Shown: positions 41,513 through 51,144 of the stretch, in pieces | Numbering within the stretch: the stretch's first letter is position 1 | How the letters are laid out: each line of letters opens with the position of its first letter | Origin: an uncultured Planctomycetota bacterium | GTDB taxonomy: Bacteria; Planctomycetota; Planctomycetia; Isosphaerales; Isosphaeraceae | Reading direction: 5' to 3' | NCBI GenBank assembly: GCA_963823665.1 | Contig: CAWGMQ010000006.1 | Span: 928,001-992,000, forward strand | DNA: 64,000 nucleotides | Notes under the pieces: generated by a model | The model's input: the letters and a program-made list of their open reading frames with translations, nothing else | What the model was told of the DNA's origin: nothing | Database searches by the model: none | Program-made: the position numbers and the translations under genes

Positions 41513-42184
41513 CTAAACCAGGAACCGCACCTTCCCCTTGTCGATGTCGTAAACCGCCCCCACGAGCACCGGTTTCGTTTGCCCATCGGGCAGTTTCCTC
41601 TCGCTCAATGCCGCGAGCTGGCGCATCGACCAGCGCACATTGGCCTCCACCGCCCTATGCACGCGTTTGGCCCCCGTCAGTTTGGCAGGAAGGTCCGTGA
41701 GCCCCGGCTCGATCGCCGCCACGAGGGCGGCAATGAACCGTGGCTCCGTTCCCCGTCCCTCGAGCGCGTCGACGGCTGCGGTGACCGCGCCGCACGACTC
41801 GTGGCCCATCACGACGATCAGTGGTGTGTGCAGATGCTGCATCGCGTACTGGAGGCTCCCCAGCACGTCCAGGGAGACAATGTTTCCGGCGACGCGGATC
41901 ACGAACAGGTCGCCAAACCCCTGGTCGAAGACAAGCTCGGGGGGCACTCGCGAGTCGGCGCAGGCCAGAATTGTCGCAAACGGATGTTGACCCGCCTTCA
42001 GGTGCTTGCGCCACGCCGCCGCCTGGTGCGCGTGCCGCAGCTTGCCCGATACAAATCGCGCGTTACCTTGCTTGAGCTGGAGGAGCGCGGCGGCAGCGTC
42101 CTTTGGCCGCGCAACGCGCGATCCGGCGTTGATCTTTGCCCCGGCGGCGGCCGCGCCGCGCTTGGTCTTCGCAGACTTTTTCAT
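41513..42184 (-). CDS. Beta-class carbonic anhydrase
   Basis: GNARF, CADSRV, GDLFVIRVAGN, GHESCGAV. Confidence 0.95.
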   Translation of the reverse strand: MKKSAKTKRGAAAAGAKINAGSRVARPKDAAAALLQLKQGNARFVSGKLRHAHQAAAWRKHLKAGQHPFATILACADSRVPPELVFDQGFGDLFVIRVAGNIVSLDVLGSLQYAMQHLHTPLIVVMGHESCGAVTAAVDALEGRGTEPRFIAALVAAIEPGLTDLPAKLTGAKRVHRAVEANVRWSMRQLAALSERKLPDGQTKPVLVGAVYDIDKGKVRFLV

Positions 42185-42363
42185 GACTTCAGCCCCACTT
42201 CAACTTTGTCAATCTTGCCTTCGAAGCTGATCTCGCCGCCGCGATACCTCAGGTCGGCATTGCCGTGGTCGTCGGTCATGATGAAGACGATGTTGGGCTT
42301 GTCCGCCCCGAGCGTGGTGCTTGTGGTGATACCCGACCAGGCAACGGTGACGGCTGTCAGCAA
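42181..42363 (-). pseudogene. Sulfatase remnant with large internal deletion
   Basis: ADKPNIVFIMTDDHGNADLRYRGGEI (sulfatase N-terminus) is joined directly to FEGKIDKVEVGLK (arylsulfatase-like C-terminus). No CxPxR motif. Confidence 0.7.
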
Positions 42364-42614
42364 CTTGATTGTCGCCCAGGACTCCGAGCGAATCCATCCC
42401 GCCGCCGCCGGGTCCCGGAAATCCCAAGTTCAATCGATGCGTGTGCAATTTCGGGAGAGCGAGGTTCCCGCCGAGCCGCGTAAGCGTTCGCCTGAGTCCA
42501 AGCACTTCGCCAGCAATAGCCGGCGTGTTCGCTCCCATAGTGGACAGCCGGCATCGACTGGCTCACATTCAACACAATGCATGCACTGAAGTGATCAATG
42601 GTCGCCTCTTGTCT

Positions 42615-42650
42615 CTCTTCTTCCCTGCCTTAGCTGCCTTCTGTTCAAAA
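42615..42650 (-). repeat. REP-like triple 9-mer element
   Basis: Reverse complement TTTTGAACAGAAGGCAGCTAAGGCAGGGAAGAAGAG. Confidence 0.7.
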
Positions 42651-42841
42651 TCCGTGAATTCATCGCGCACCGATGTCCGGACTCTGCTTCCACCAGCCCA
42701 CCGGAGTTCGCACGTGCTCCGCCAGTAAGGCCACAGAATTCTTGAACAGAAGCTAAGAACCCAATCGCGTTCCGTTCTGACCACATTTCACCTGCGATGA
42801 ATGAAGCCAAGCCGCCGACCGACCGTCACTGGACATTCGGA

Positions 42842-43468
42842 TCAAGGCAGAGCATTCAGCACTGCAAGGGCGACGATTTGCAAGATCCAAACAAACCCCA
42901 GAATGACGCCGACAATCTCGAAAAAGTTCCAGTTGAATCGCATGCACCTGCTTACGAATAACACCAGCCACACAGCTAGCACAGGACCGCGCACCTCCGC
43001 TTCCGCGGTTGACATGGTACCCGCCCAGCGCGGGGTAAAAACTCCATGTTGCGCCACGCGACTCGTCCACCACATTAACCCCGGAACAAAGTGCTCGAGC
43101 ACCACCGCTACGCAGCACAATGACGCCGCGCCGCCAGGCTGGCACACCATGGCCCGAACCGCGGTCCCCGATCTCCTGGCTTGCAAGAAGAAGACTCCAA
43201 ATCCACAAACGACGAGTGACGAGTTCGCCATCCCCAAGATTTCATAGAAAAACAAGGGATCCCGGAACCAATCGCGAAGCGTCGGCTCGTCGACAACGGG
43301 AGATTCTCCACTTGCACCGATGAGAAGACTCGTTTGCTTTTGTCGCCATTGCTGTTTCTCACGGAAGTACGATCTAGACACCGTGAAACCGATGGCAATC
43401 AGGGCGACAAACGCGAGAAGATCGAGTACTTTGAGTTTCGCACGGGAATTCTCAGTGTTGTTCGTCAT
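42842..43468 (-). CDS. Hypothetical membrane protein
   Basis: LKVLDLLAFVALIAIGF leader; QPGGAA; WNFFEIVGVILGFVWI end. Confidence 0.7.
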   Translation of the reverse strand: MTNNTENSRAKLKVLDLLAFVALIAIGFTVSRSYFREKQQWRQKQTSLLIGASGESPVVDEPTLRDWFRDPLFFYEILGMANSSLVVCGFGVFFLQARRSGTAVRAMVCQPGGAASLCCVAVVLEHFVPGLMWWTSRVAQHGVFTPRWAGTMSTAEAEVRGPVLAVWLVLFVSRCMRFNWNFFEIVGVILGFVWILQIVALAVLNALP

Positions 43469-43585
43469 GCCCGCACTCCCGATCTGTCTTCCGCTGTCTT
43501 TCGCCGCTCTCCCACGCCGGTCAAACACGTGAGCATTGAGGGCGACCCCTCGGAGCTCGGTCAGTTCCCCTGGGCGCAACAGTGC

Positions 43586-43876
43586 TCACAACTCGACCCG
43601 TCCTTGGATTCCAACAGCCACGAGACTCAAGAACAAAGCGAACGCGTAACCAACGATCGCTATGGCTGCGAGCAAGGCCGTGAGTTTCTCCCCGAACGAG
43701 TCAGATCCCTCTAATCGCCATGCAACGCCCATCAGGCCGACTGGAATGAACATCAACACCGACCAGATGCAAACGATCGGTAACATGCATCCGGCTTTTG
43801 CTCCTGCCGTGAGCGCCCACATTGGTCCGGTCGCGACGACGAGAAAAACTTGAATAGTCCGTATGTGGAACTTCAT
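43586..43876 (-). CDS. Small 3-TM protein
   Basis: AAGGA RBS; MKFHIRTIQVFLVVA leader. Confidence 0.65.
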   Translation of the reverse strand: MKFHIRTIQVFLVVATGPMWALTAGAKAGCMLPIVCIWSVLMFIPVGLMGVAWRLEGSDSFGEKLTALLAAIAIVGYAFALFLSLVAVGIQGRVEL

Positions 43877-43880
43877 CAAT

Positions 43881-43955
43881 GTTCCTTGATCCGTCGAGTA
43901 TATTCACACTTTACACAGAGGACGCTCACTGGCCAAGCATCAGATCTCAGCGATC
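43881..43955 (-). promoter_or_regulatory. Duplicated sigma70-type promoter block, copy 1
   Basis: TTGGCC-N17-TAAAGT on the minus strand; 64/75 identical to 44641-44715. Confidence 0.7.
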
Positions 43956-44092
43956 GCTCGACGCGCCGAATAGCCTCCCCGAAGGAGTAGAGGATCGACC
44001 GACTCACATTCAATGAGATGCACCAGCCCAGCGTCAATGACTTGAGTGAAGCTGAGGTCCAGTTCCGACAAATTCGTGAGCAAGGAACCCCA

Positions 44093-44506
44093 TCAGAACC
44101 CGCCTGACTCTGAACCCTGTCGCCCCTCGGGTTCCCGCGGACCGCTGCCGGGCGGCTCAAAAAGCCACCATGCCAGGAGAGCACAGAGTAGGCCGAACAT
44201 GACCCCGATCTGGGAACCTTCAGCGACCTGCCGGGCATCTTGATTCAACCGCACCCAGAACCCTCCCCACACGACGAAAACAAGATCCAGCCAGCCGAAC
44301 GTTGCGAAGCCCTGGCACGCTCGGCGCAAGCGAGGGTAGGCGCAGAAGGAGCCGAGCGAGGCCGTCGCGAGTAGGGCCAGGAAGGACGACAGATAAAACC
44401 TGGGATTCGGAGACGGCGGCGGTAGCAAGAACAGGCGATAGGCGGCGAAGCCGATCCCGGAGACCAGCACCAGCACGATGAGGTCAGATATCTTCCAGCG
44501 GGACAT
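44093..44506 (-). CDS. Small 4-TM protein
   Basis: MSRWKISDLIVLVLVSGIGFAA leader; GFATFGW motif. Confidence 0.75.
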   Translation of the reverse strand: MSRWKISDLIVLVLVSGIGFAAYRLFLLPPPSPNPRFYLSSFLALLATASLGSFCAYPRLRRACQGFATFGWLDLVFVVWGGFWVRLNQDARQVAEGSQIGVMFGLLCALLAWWLFEPPGSGPREPEGRQGSESGGF

Positions 44507-44640
44507 GGGCGGGCTCGCGGTTAGCGCGTGATTCAGGCGATTGAGCTTTGGACCTCGTCAAGACCATCGGATTCCCGAGGATTCGGCGACTCCCGCCGAG
44601 ATCGACTTCACTATCGAAACCTGTTATTCGACGGTCAAGT

Positions 44641-44715
44641 GTTCGTTGATCCGTGGAGCATCTCCACACTTTACACACAAGACGCTTACTGGCCAAGCAT
44701 CAGATTTCACCAATC
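44641..44715 (-). promoter_or_regulatory. Duplicated sigma70-type promoter block, copy 2
   Basis: Same TTGGCC-N17-TAAAGT arrangement as 43881-43955. Confidence 0.65.
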
Positions 44716-44750
44716 AACCTTGTTCAGCAATCAACCTTCCGCTCCTTTCC

Positions 44751-44784
44751 CTCTTCTTCGTTACCTTGGTTACCTCCTGTTCAA
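44751..44784 (-). repeat. REP-like triple 9-mer element
   Basis: Reverse complement TTGAACAGGAGGTAACCAAGGTAACGAAGAAGAG. Confidence 0.7.
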
Positions 44785-45195
44785 GGCCCGTGTGCGCTCG
44801 CCATCGAACCGCCAGACCTCGGCGCCGCACAGCGCCGCATCCCGTCGGCGGGCTCGGCGTCCCGGTGATCGCCACCGCAACGGGGGGCGTGCCCTCGGCC
44901 ATTTCTTCACTCGGAGTAACGACACCACCGGCCGGACTTTCCCCTGCCGTGGCGCGTGACCCGGATGCGGACGATCTGACCATAGAAAAACCCTTTCGAC
45001 ATGGCCCGCGCCCTTCCCGCCTCGCCTCCGTCAGTCGGCGCCGAACCAGGCGTCGGGGGGGCGATGTCCGGGCCAGTCCGAGTAAGGCGCTTTGATCGGT
45101 CGCCGAACTGGAAAGTCTGCCGAGCTCCACGAAGTCGGAGGCAGCTTCGTCCTCAAGACTTGCGAGGAAATCCCTCTAGCGATCACCCAGCTCAT

Positions 45196-45618
45196 CTACT
45201 CGAGTTCTGGTTCGGGCGTTGGTTCGGGAGGTGACTCCGGATCAGGAGCGACCTTTATCCAGGGATGGGAAGCTGCGTACTCATATTTCTGCTTCAACTG
45301 AAGCTGATAATCAGCCATGCTGGCTTCGAATAGGGCCTGGCGCTGAAAGCGTTTCAGAATCTGTGTTAGCTCATTAACATCCACATTTACGGCGTTGCAT
45401 GTGACGCGATCAATGTCTGTTTGCAGACGTCGCACTTCCGCTTCTAAACCTTCTTGGTTCTCGCGGTATTGCTGGAAATACATGTCGTGCGTCGCCGCCC
45501 GGGCGTGATGAAAAGCCGCCGCCCGATAAAACCTGCTCGCCATGACGCCGCCCCAGACCAGGAGCGCCGCTACCGCGACCAGTCCGCTCGCCGCTCGGAG
45601 TGTCAAATTGGGGCGCAT
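45196..45618 (-). CDS. Hypothetical membrane-anchored protein, 'PWxxVxPDP' family
   Basis: MRPNLTLRAASGLVAVAA leader; KYEYAASHPWIKVAPDPESPPEP tail. Confidence 0.72.
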   Translation of the reverse strand: MRPNLTLRAASGLVAVAALLVWGGVMASRFYRAAAFHHARAATHDMYFQQYRENQEGLEAEVRRLQTDIDRVTCNAVNVDVNELTQILKRFQRQALFEASMADYQLQLKQKYEYAASHPWIKVAPDPESPPEPTPEPELE

Positions 45619-45803
45619 GTGAAAAACCCGCAACACTGAGTCTCCCACGCCGTTTTGCGTCTCGGCGTCAAACCATAGGATCTCCGAAGGTCCTCCTTCT
45701 GGAAAGCTTGATCTCGCGAAATTCCTTGCGATCATCCCAGCCCACGGCTAAGCTCCTGGGGTCTACTCGTTGCGCATCGTCGCCACCCGGAGACAAATGA
45801 TTC

Positions 45804-46166
45804 ATGCAGATCCATTATCTCGAAATCGTGACCAAGCAGGTCGATGCGGTCTGCGCAGCGTACGCGGCCGCGAGCGGTGTGCAATTCGGCGAACCGGACG
45901 CCGGGCTCGGCAACGCACGGACAGCCCCGCTCGCCGGAGGCGGGCTCTTGGGCGTGCGGGCACCGTTGCACGAGACTGAAGAGCCGGTGGTGCGGCCCTA
46001 CTGGCTGGTCGACGACATCGAAGCAGCCGTGGCGGCGGCAGTGAATGCCGGCGCCCAGGTCGCTCACCCGCCGCTGGAGATCCCCGGCCACGGCACGTTC
46101 GCAATCTACATCCAGGGCGGCATCCACCACGGCCTCTGGCAACTGTCCGCGCGCGGAAGCTCGTGA
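45804..46166 (+). CDS. VOC/glyoxalase family protein
   Basis: IHYLEIVT, PYWLVDDIEAAV, PPLEIPGHGTFA...HGLWQ. Confidence 0.85.
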   Translation: MQIHYLEIVTKQVDAVCAAYAAASGVQFGEPDAGLGNARTAPLAGGGLLGVRAPLHETEEPVVRPYWLVDDIEAAVAAAVNAGAQVAHPPLEIPGHGTFAIYIQGGIHHGLWQLSARGSS

Positions 46167-46380
46167 ATCCTCGGCCTGAAAGCCGCGACGGCGCCTCGCT
46201 CGAGATCCGGAACGCCGTCTTCGTCGCGAGGGAGAAATGGAACGGTCAGCGCCAGCCACTTTATCGAGGAAACGGCCCCGGCCGCTCTAGGCGTGTTCCG
46301 GCTGGTCGGGTATGCTGAATCCCAGGCGGCTCGTCTGAAGAGCCGCTCCGTGCAGAATCGTCGCGTGCGGGGCTCGTGAG

Positions 46381-46599
46381 TTGAAAGTGACCGCGTACGA
46401 AGCCACCGTTCACAACGGTCAAATCAAGGTGGCCGGGGCCGTGCGGCTTCCCGAACATGCTCGGGTCTATGTTGTGGTGCCAGACGCCGATGGAGCAACC
46501 GTCTTGCACGTCGGTAGCCCCCGCCTGGCACAACCGGAGCGTGCGGCCGATTTCACGATGGAGGTCTCCGAGGAACCTCGGAATGACAGCCTACGATGA
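46381..46599 (+). CDS. Small AF2212/DUF104-like (antitoxin-type) protein
   Basis: YEATVHNGQIKV...RLPEHARVYVVVP pattern; overlaps the next gene. Confidence 0.65.
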   Translation: MKVTAYEATVHNGQIKVAGAVRLPEHARVYVVVPDADGATVLHVGSPRLAQPERAADFTMEVSEEPRNDSLR

Positions 46600-46800
46600 C
46601 GATGGCTTCGCTCCTCCTGCTCCGATCGCACGGGTAGCGCTTCGGCACCCAGATTCCGGTGTGATTCTCGCTGACGTGCGGATGCTGATCGACTCGGGCG
46701 CAGATGCGACCTTGTTGCCTAGAGCTGCCATCGTGTCGCTCGGTTCTCGTAGGCACAGGCGAGCGGTACCTTCTGGAGTCGTACGGTGGAAGAAGCGCCG
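46583..46800 (+). pseudogene. Retropepsin-like aspartyl protease, frameshifted and truncated
   Basis: FAPPAPIARVAL...MLIDSGADATLLP; frame change near 46745; the C-terminal GR.. motif is absent. Confidence 0.65.
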
Positions 46801-46973
46801 CGCATTGCCGTCAACCACTCGTGCTGCGCAACCATCCCAAGGCGCCGTTCAGAAGCCGGGTTGACCCGGTCGCCCATCCAAGTATCCTTCTCGCAGGGCT
46901 GATCCGGGCCGCGTCGTGATGATGCCAGGAGCATGAGGCTCGACCCGAGATCTCGAACGAAGGAGCGATCAAC

Positions 46974-47901
46974 GTGCAGCGAATTTCGCGTAAATTCCTT
47001 CCCGCTGCCAATTTGACCGTGGCCTGCTTGGCAACCCTCCTTCCCGGTGACATCCGTGGGGACGCGATCAATCCATGGCAGGGCGCTTCGGTTTCGGTTC
47101 TCAGCGGCCGGAAAGGACGCCTCAAACTCAGGCGCGACCGCCTCGGCGAGCTCGTCCGGTAGCACCTCAGCCAGCTCCCTGGGTTCCTCTGGCCAACCCG
47201 TCACGATTGGTTACTCAGGAAGCGCAAGCGCAAGTGCGTCGGGAAATGCGAATCAGCTCTTGAGCGTCAGCACGAGCCTGTCGCAAGGAGTGACAGGTGT
47301 GCTGACAGCTCCGATCAACCCCAGCTACCCGGTCTCCGCCGTCGCGTCGTGGAATAACGATTCGCTGATCGTCCAGGGGCCTGCTGGGGCGGCGCTGCCG
47401 AGTTCGATCACGCTCCAGTTCAGGATCGACGTTTCACCGATCGCTTCGCTTCAGCTCGGTACCGGCACTGACCTGGCCGTTCAAATCAACGGCGAGAATC
47501 ATGTTCTTACGAGCAATGGTGATGGCACAATTACCATGCAACCGCCAGCCTCGAGCGGCGCACAGTCCTCGACTCAGACGGGAACACTTGACATCAAGCT
47601 GGCGCTGAATGCGGCTGGCGTTAGCGATCCGTTCAGCGTGGGGTTGTCGAGCTCCCAAGCTGTGCAGCCCATCACAATTCCCGTGAATCTGCCACCGGGT
47701 TCACTCGCTCTTTCACTGACCGGCGTCAACCTGCCCGACGGCGCTCCGCTGTCGTCCGGGGGATTCAGCGTGACCTTCGCTTCGGGGCTGACTCTGGCGC
47801 CCCAAGCTGTGCCAGAACCGGCAACGCTCCCCATCTGGGTGTCGATTGCCGCGTTCGCCGTGACATTGAGACATCGAGCCAGAGCCGCGCGGGCTTGCTA
47901 G
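46974..47901 (+). CDS. PEP-CTERM sorting-domain surface protein (frameshift near 47105)
   Basis: AAGGAG RBS before GTG; signal peptide; S/G/T-rich body; VPEPATL + TM + basic tail. Confidence 0.8.
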
Positions 47902-48278
47902 TGCTCGCACACAATGTCCGTTGCGTGCACGCAATCAACGGAAATCCCAATCTCCTTGGACGCTGCGAACCAGTAAGACCATCCCGTTGTACCGTTCACT
48001 TCCCACTCCGCCTTGCCTTCCAGCCCCGTACGGGTAAGATAACGCGCGCGGCAAGCTCTTGCCGCTGCCTTTGGTTCGGTCTCTCGATCGGGCGCATTTC
48101 CTTCGCCTCGAAATTCCTCGGTCTTTTCTTTGGCCGCTAGCCCGCGCTCGAGGGATCGATTCTTTTCAAAAAAAAACGACCAAGGCCGGAACGGCCGTCG
48201 GACGCGGGTCAGATGAGAGCGCATCTCGGATGCGCCTGCCGCGGCCGGTCATCTCCAAGGATGGAGACCAAGCCAATC

Positions 48279-51086
48279 ATGAAACGAGTGTTGGTGGTAA
48301 CCCTCTTGAGCTTGGGGGCGGCCGGTTGTGCCCAGTCGCGCTCCGCTCTCTCACAGCAGGATCCGCCCGGGTCCACGACCGCCAAGTCCAAACTCGGGCC
48401 AGTCGCTGTGAATCCGGTCCCCTCGCTTTACGACACGGTCAACCGAAGCATGGGCAACTCGGCTGTCGTTCGCTCCGCGATCAAGGATCCCGACGATCCG
48501 CGATGGTCCGGCCGGGCGCCGGCTAGCGTGGCCCTCAATCCGGGCGGGCCCGTCCCGGCGGACTCAGGTCAATCGCAAACTCAGATGGCTCTGGCCGGCG
48601 ACGCCAAGCCGACGACGCCGACCGCGACCGCGGCCGTCCCCGCGCAAGGCCCGCTCGCGACCCAGCTACCCGCGACCGCGGCCGTCCCCGCGCAAGCCCC
48701 GCTCGCGACCGAGCTACCCGCGACCGCGGCCGTCCCCGCGCAAGCCCCGCTCGTGACCGAGCTACCCGCGACGGCGGCCGTTCCCGCGCAAGGCCCGCTC
48801 GCGACCCCGCTACCCGCGACCGAGGCGCCGGTCGCCTCACCGGAAGCAACAGCCCGCGGCGCCGTATCAGCCGAGCCGTTATCGGGTCCAGATGCGGCCG
48901 CGGCCATCGCCGCCAACCCGGTGCGCAACCCGGCGCCGGCTTCGCAGCCGGAAGCGCTCACCAATCCGATCGCGTTGCCCGCGCCAGATTCGCCGCGGGA
49001 TACGCTGACGATGCCCACCCCCAGAGTGTCGCCCGCTCCCGATTCGACCCCTCCGCGGGGCGATGCGGTCCCGAGCGACCCGCCGGGAACCAGCATGGGC
49101 TTGCCCGTCAGCGGGCCGATTCCGGTTCCACCGGAAGGACCGCAGAATGGCGCACCGGCCCTGCCGGCGTTGCCCGACAACGCACTGGCCAACCCGCCCG
49201 GCCCCCTCACGCCGGGGTCGCCTGACATTGCACCGCCGCCTGGCGGCTCGCAGGACGCACTGGCCAACCCGCCCAGCCCGCTTCCGCCAGGTTCGCCTGA
49301 CGTCGCACCGCCGCCTTCCGGCGGCCCGCAAGGCGCACTGGTCAACCCGAGTGGCTCGCTCGCGCCGGCCTCGCCTGAGGGCGTGCCGACGCGCCAGGCC
49401 CGCAAGCCAATCGCCGACCCCTTGCTGGGCCCCAATCCGCAATTGATGCCCCCGATTCCCGATGTGACGGAGGCAGACGCCATTCCTGTCAAGAAGACGG
49501 CGCAGCCCGCCAGGGCGATGCCCGCGGCCGGACCTGCGGCCGCCTCATTGAAACCCACGGCCTCGAGCACGCCCACGGCGGTGCCCGACGTCAAGCCCCC
49601 CGCGCTCCCCGATTTGCCGGAGCTCCCTCCGGCAGCGGCGGCGCCGGCGCCATCACAAGCACCGGCCCAATCGCCGGCCGCAGCCCCGGCGCCGATCGAG
49701 CTCGAAGTCGCTCCCTCGGCTGATCCAGGAGCCGGCGTCGCGCCGGCACCCGCTGAGAAACCCGCGGGATCTGGTGGTTCAGCCGCCCTCACCGAGCCGG
49801 CATCTGCCGGCTCGGTGGCGGCGCTGCCGGTCCTCGAAGTGGCCCCGCAAGCCGCGAGCGCCGCCGCCACTCTCACGGCACAAACAGCATCCGGCCCCGC
49901 CGGCTCGCCGCGCAGCGACCCGCAGGTCGTCCTCGCCTCCGGCGAAAAAACCAAGCAACAGCCGCCCGTGCCCCCAGATCCAGCAAGCCTCGCCGACCGC
50001 CGCAGACGGGTCGTGCTCCCAGAGCCCGGTCGCCCGCTCGCGAAAGTCGGTGAAGAGGTCGTTACCTACCACGACCTGATGGGTGTTGTGCTCCAGCACC
50101 GGGCGTATGAGCAGCTCAGGAACGCCTACCTCGCTGGCGGCGCAGCCGAGAAACGCGAGGCCGAAAAGCAAATCACGATGATGAAAATTGCCCTCCTCGA
50201 CGAACTGATCAACCGCAGCCTTCTCGCTCAGGAAGCCAAGCGCCATATCACAAAGCGTAAGGAAGGCGCCACGATGCTGAACTCCATCTACGAAGAGGCT
50301 GACCAGCGCTTCCGCGAGAGCGAAGTCCTTCCCCTCCAGCGCAAGTTAAACCTCGACACTGAGTCTCAGGTCAAGGAAAAGCTCGCCGAGCAGGGCTGGT
50401 CACTCTCCGAGATGCAACAAGCATTCCGCCAGAAGTATATCGGTGAGATGTACCTGTATTCCATCCTGAGAGACAAGATCAAGGCCGAGCTGCCGGATAT
50501 GCGCAAATACTACAGTGAACACGCCGAGAAGCACGAATTCGACCGGCCGGCGCTCATCACCTGGCGGGAAATCGTCGTCGAGCCGGTCAAATCTCCCCCT
50601 AGAGAGGGCACGAAAGACGACACCAAGATCCCGTTCGAAGGCGACAGCATCAACCTTGCGGCCGCTCGCGGCGAGGCCACCGCCATTCTCGAGAGACTGC
50701 GCAAGGGCGAAGACTTCGCCAAGCTCGCCAGGACGGAAAGCGACGGGCCCGCCGCCTCTCGCAGCCACGGAGGCTTGATGGAAACATCTCCCGGCGGCTA
50801 TGGAATCCCAGCCGTCAACAAGGCTCTCGAATCGCTCCCGATCGGCCAGGTCAGCGACTTGATCGAGGCGCCCGACGGCTACCACATCGTCAAGGTCGAG
50901 AAGCGTCGCGCCGCTGGGCCGGCGACCTTCGAGGAAGTTCAGAACCAGATCAAGCCGTTGATCGAGAATGAGAAAGGGAACAGGGAACGCATTGCCTTGA
51001 TCACCAAGCTCCGTAAAAATAATTACATAAGAATATACAGTGAAAAATCGAAAAAAGTGGATGAGCCCAAGCCCGCCAAGACCTGA
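48279..51086 (+). CDS. PpiC/SurA-type peptidyl-prolyl isomerase lipoprotein with long Pro/Ala linker
   Basis: LGAAGC lipobox; about 550 aa low complexity; GEDFAKLARTESD, GQVSDLIE..DGYHIVKV. Confidence 0.9.
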   Translation: MKRVLVVTLLSLGAAGCAQSRSALSQQDPPGSTTAKSKLGPVAVNPVPSLYDTVNRSMGNSAVVRSAIKDPDDPRWSGRAPASVALNPGGPVPADSGQSQTQMALAGDAKPTTPTATAAVPAQGPLATQLPATAAVPAQAPLATELPATAAVPAQAPLVTELPATAAVPAQGPLATPLPATEAPVASPEATARGAVSAEPLSGPDAAAAIAANPVRNPAPASQPEALTNPIALPAPDSPRDTLTMPTPRVSPAPDSTPPRGDAVPSDPPGTSMGLPVSGPIPVPPEGPQNGAPALPALPDNALANPPGPLTPGSPDIAPPPGGSQDALANPPSPLPPGSPDVAPPPSGGPQGALVNPSGSLAPASPEGVPTRQARKPIADPLLGPNPQLMPPIPDVTEADAIPVKKTAQPARAMPAAGPAAASLKPTASSTPTAVPDVKPPALPDLPELPPAAAAPAPSQAPAQSPAAAPAPIELEVAPSADPGAGVAPAPAEKPAGSGGSAALTEPASAGSVAALPVLEVAPQAASAAATLTAQTASGPAGSPRSDPQVVLASGEKTKQQPPVPPDPASLADRRRRVVLPEPGRPLAKVGEEVVTYHDLMGVVLQHRAYEQLRNAYLAGGAAEKREAEKQITMMKIALLDELINRSLLAQEAKRHITKRKEGATMLNSIYEEADQRFRESEVLPLQRKLNLDTESQVKEKLAEQGWSLSEMQQAFRQKYIGEMYLYSILRDKIKAELPDMRKYYSEHAEKHEFDRPALITWREIVVEPVKSPPREGTKDDTKIPFEGDSINLAAARGEATAILERLRKGEDFAKLARTESDGPAASRSHGGLMETSPGGYGIPAVNKALESLPIGQVSDLIEAPDGYHIVKVEKRRAAGPATFEEVQNQIKPLIENEKGNRERIALITKLRKNNYIRIYSEKSKKVDEPKPAKT
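48622..48822 (+). repeat. Coding tandem repeat, 48 bp x4 plus a partial copy (PATAAVPAQAPLATEL)
   Basis: Direct, near-identical units with no spacers, in frame. Confidence 0.9.
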
Positions 51087-51144
51087 CCCATCTCACCTGT
51101 TTCGACGTGTAACGAGCTTTTGACGCAATACTCTTGATGAAATC

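Noticed and set aside
42700..46900. Integron cassette array
   Set aside because: Small genes are clustered, but I found no integron integrase and no convincing attC (RYYYAAC...GTTRRRY) sites, and orientations are mixed.
48622..48822. Possible CRISPR array
   Set aside because: Units are contiguous with no unique spacers, are a multiple of 3, lie in frame within a CDS, and no cas genes are present.
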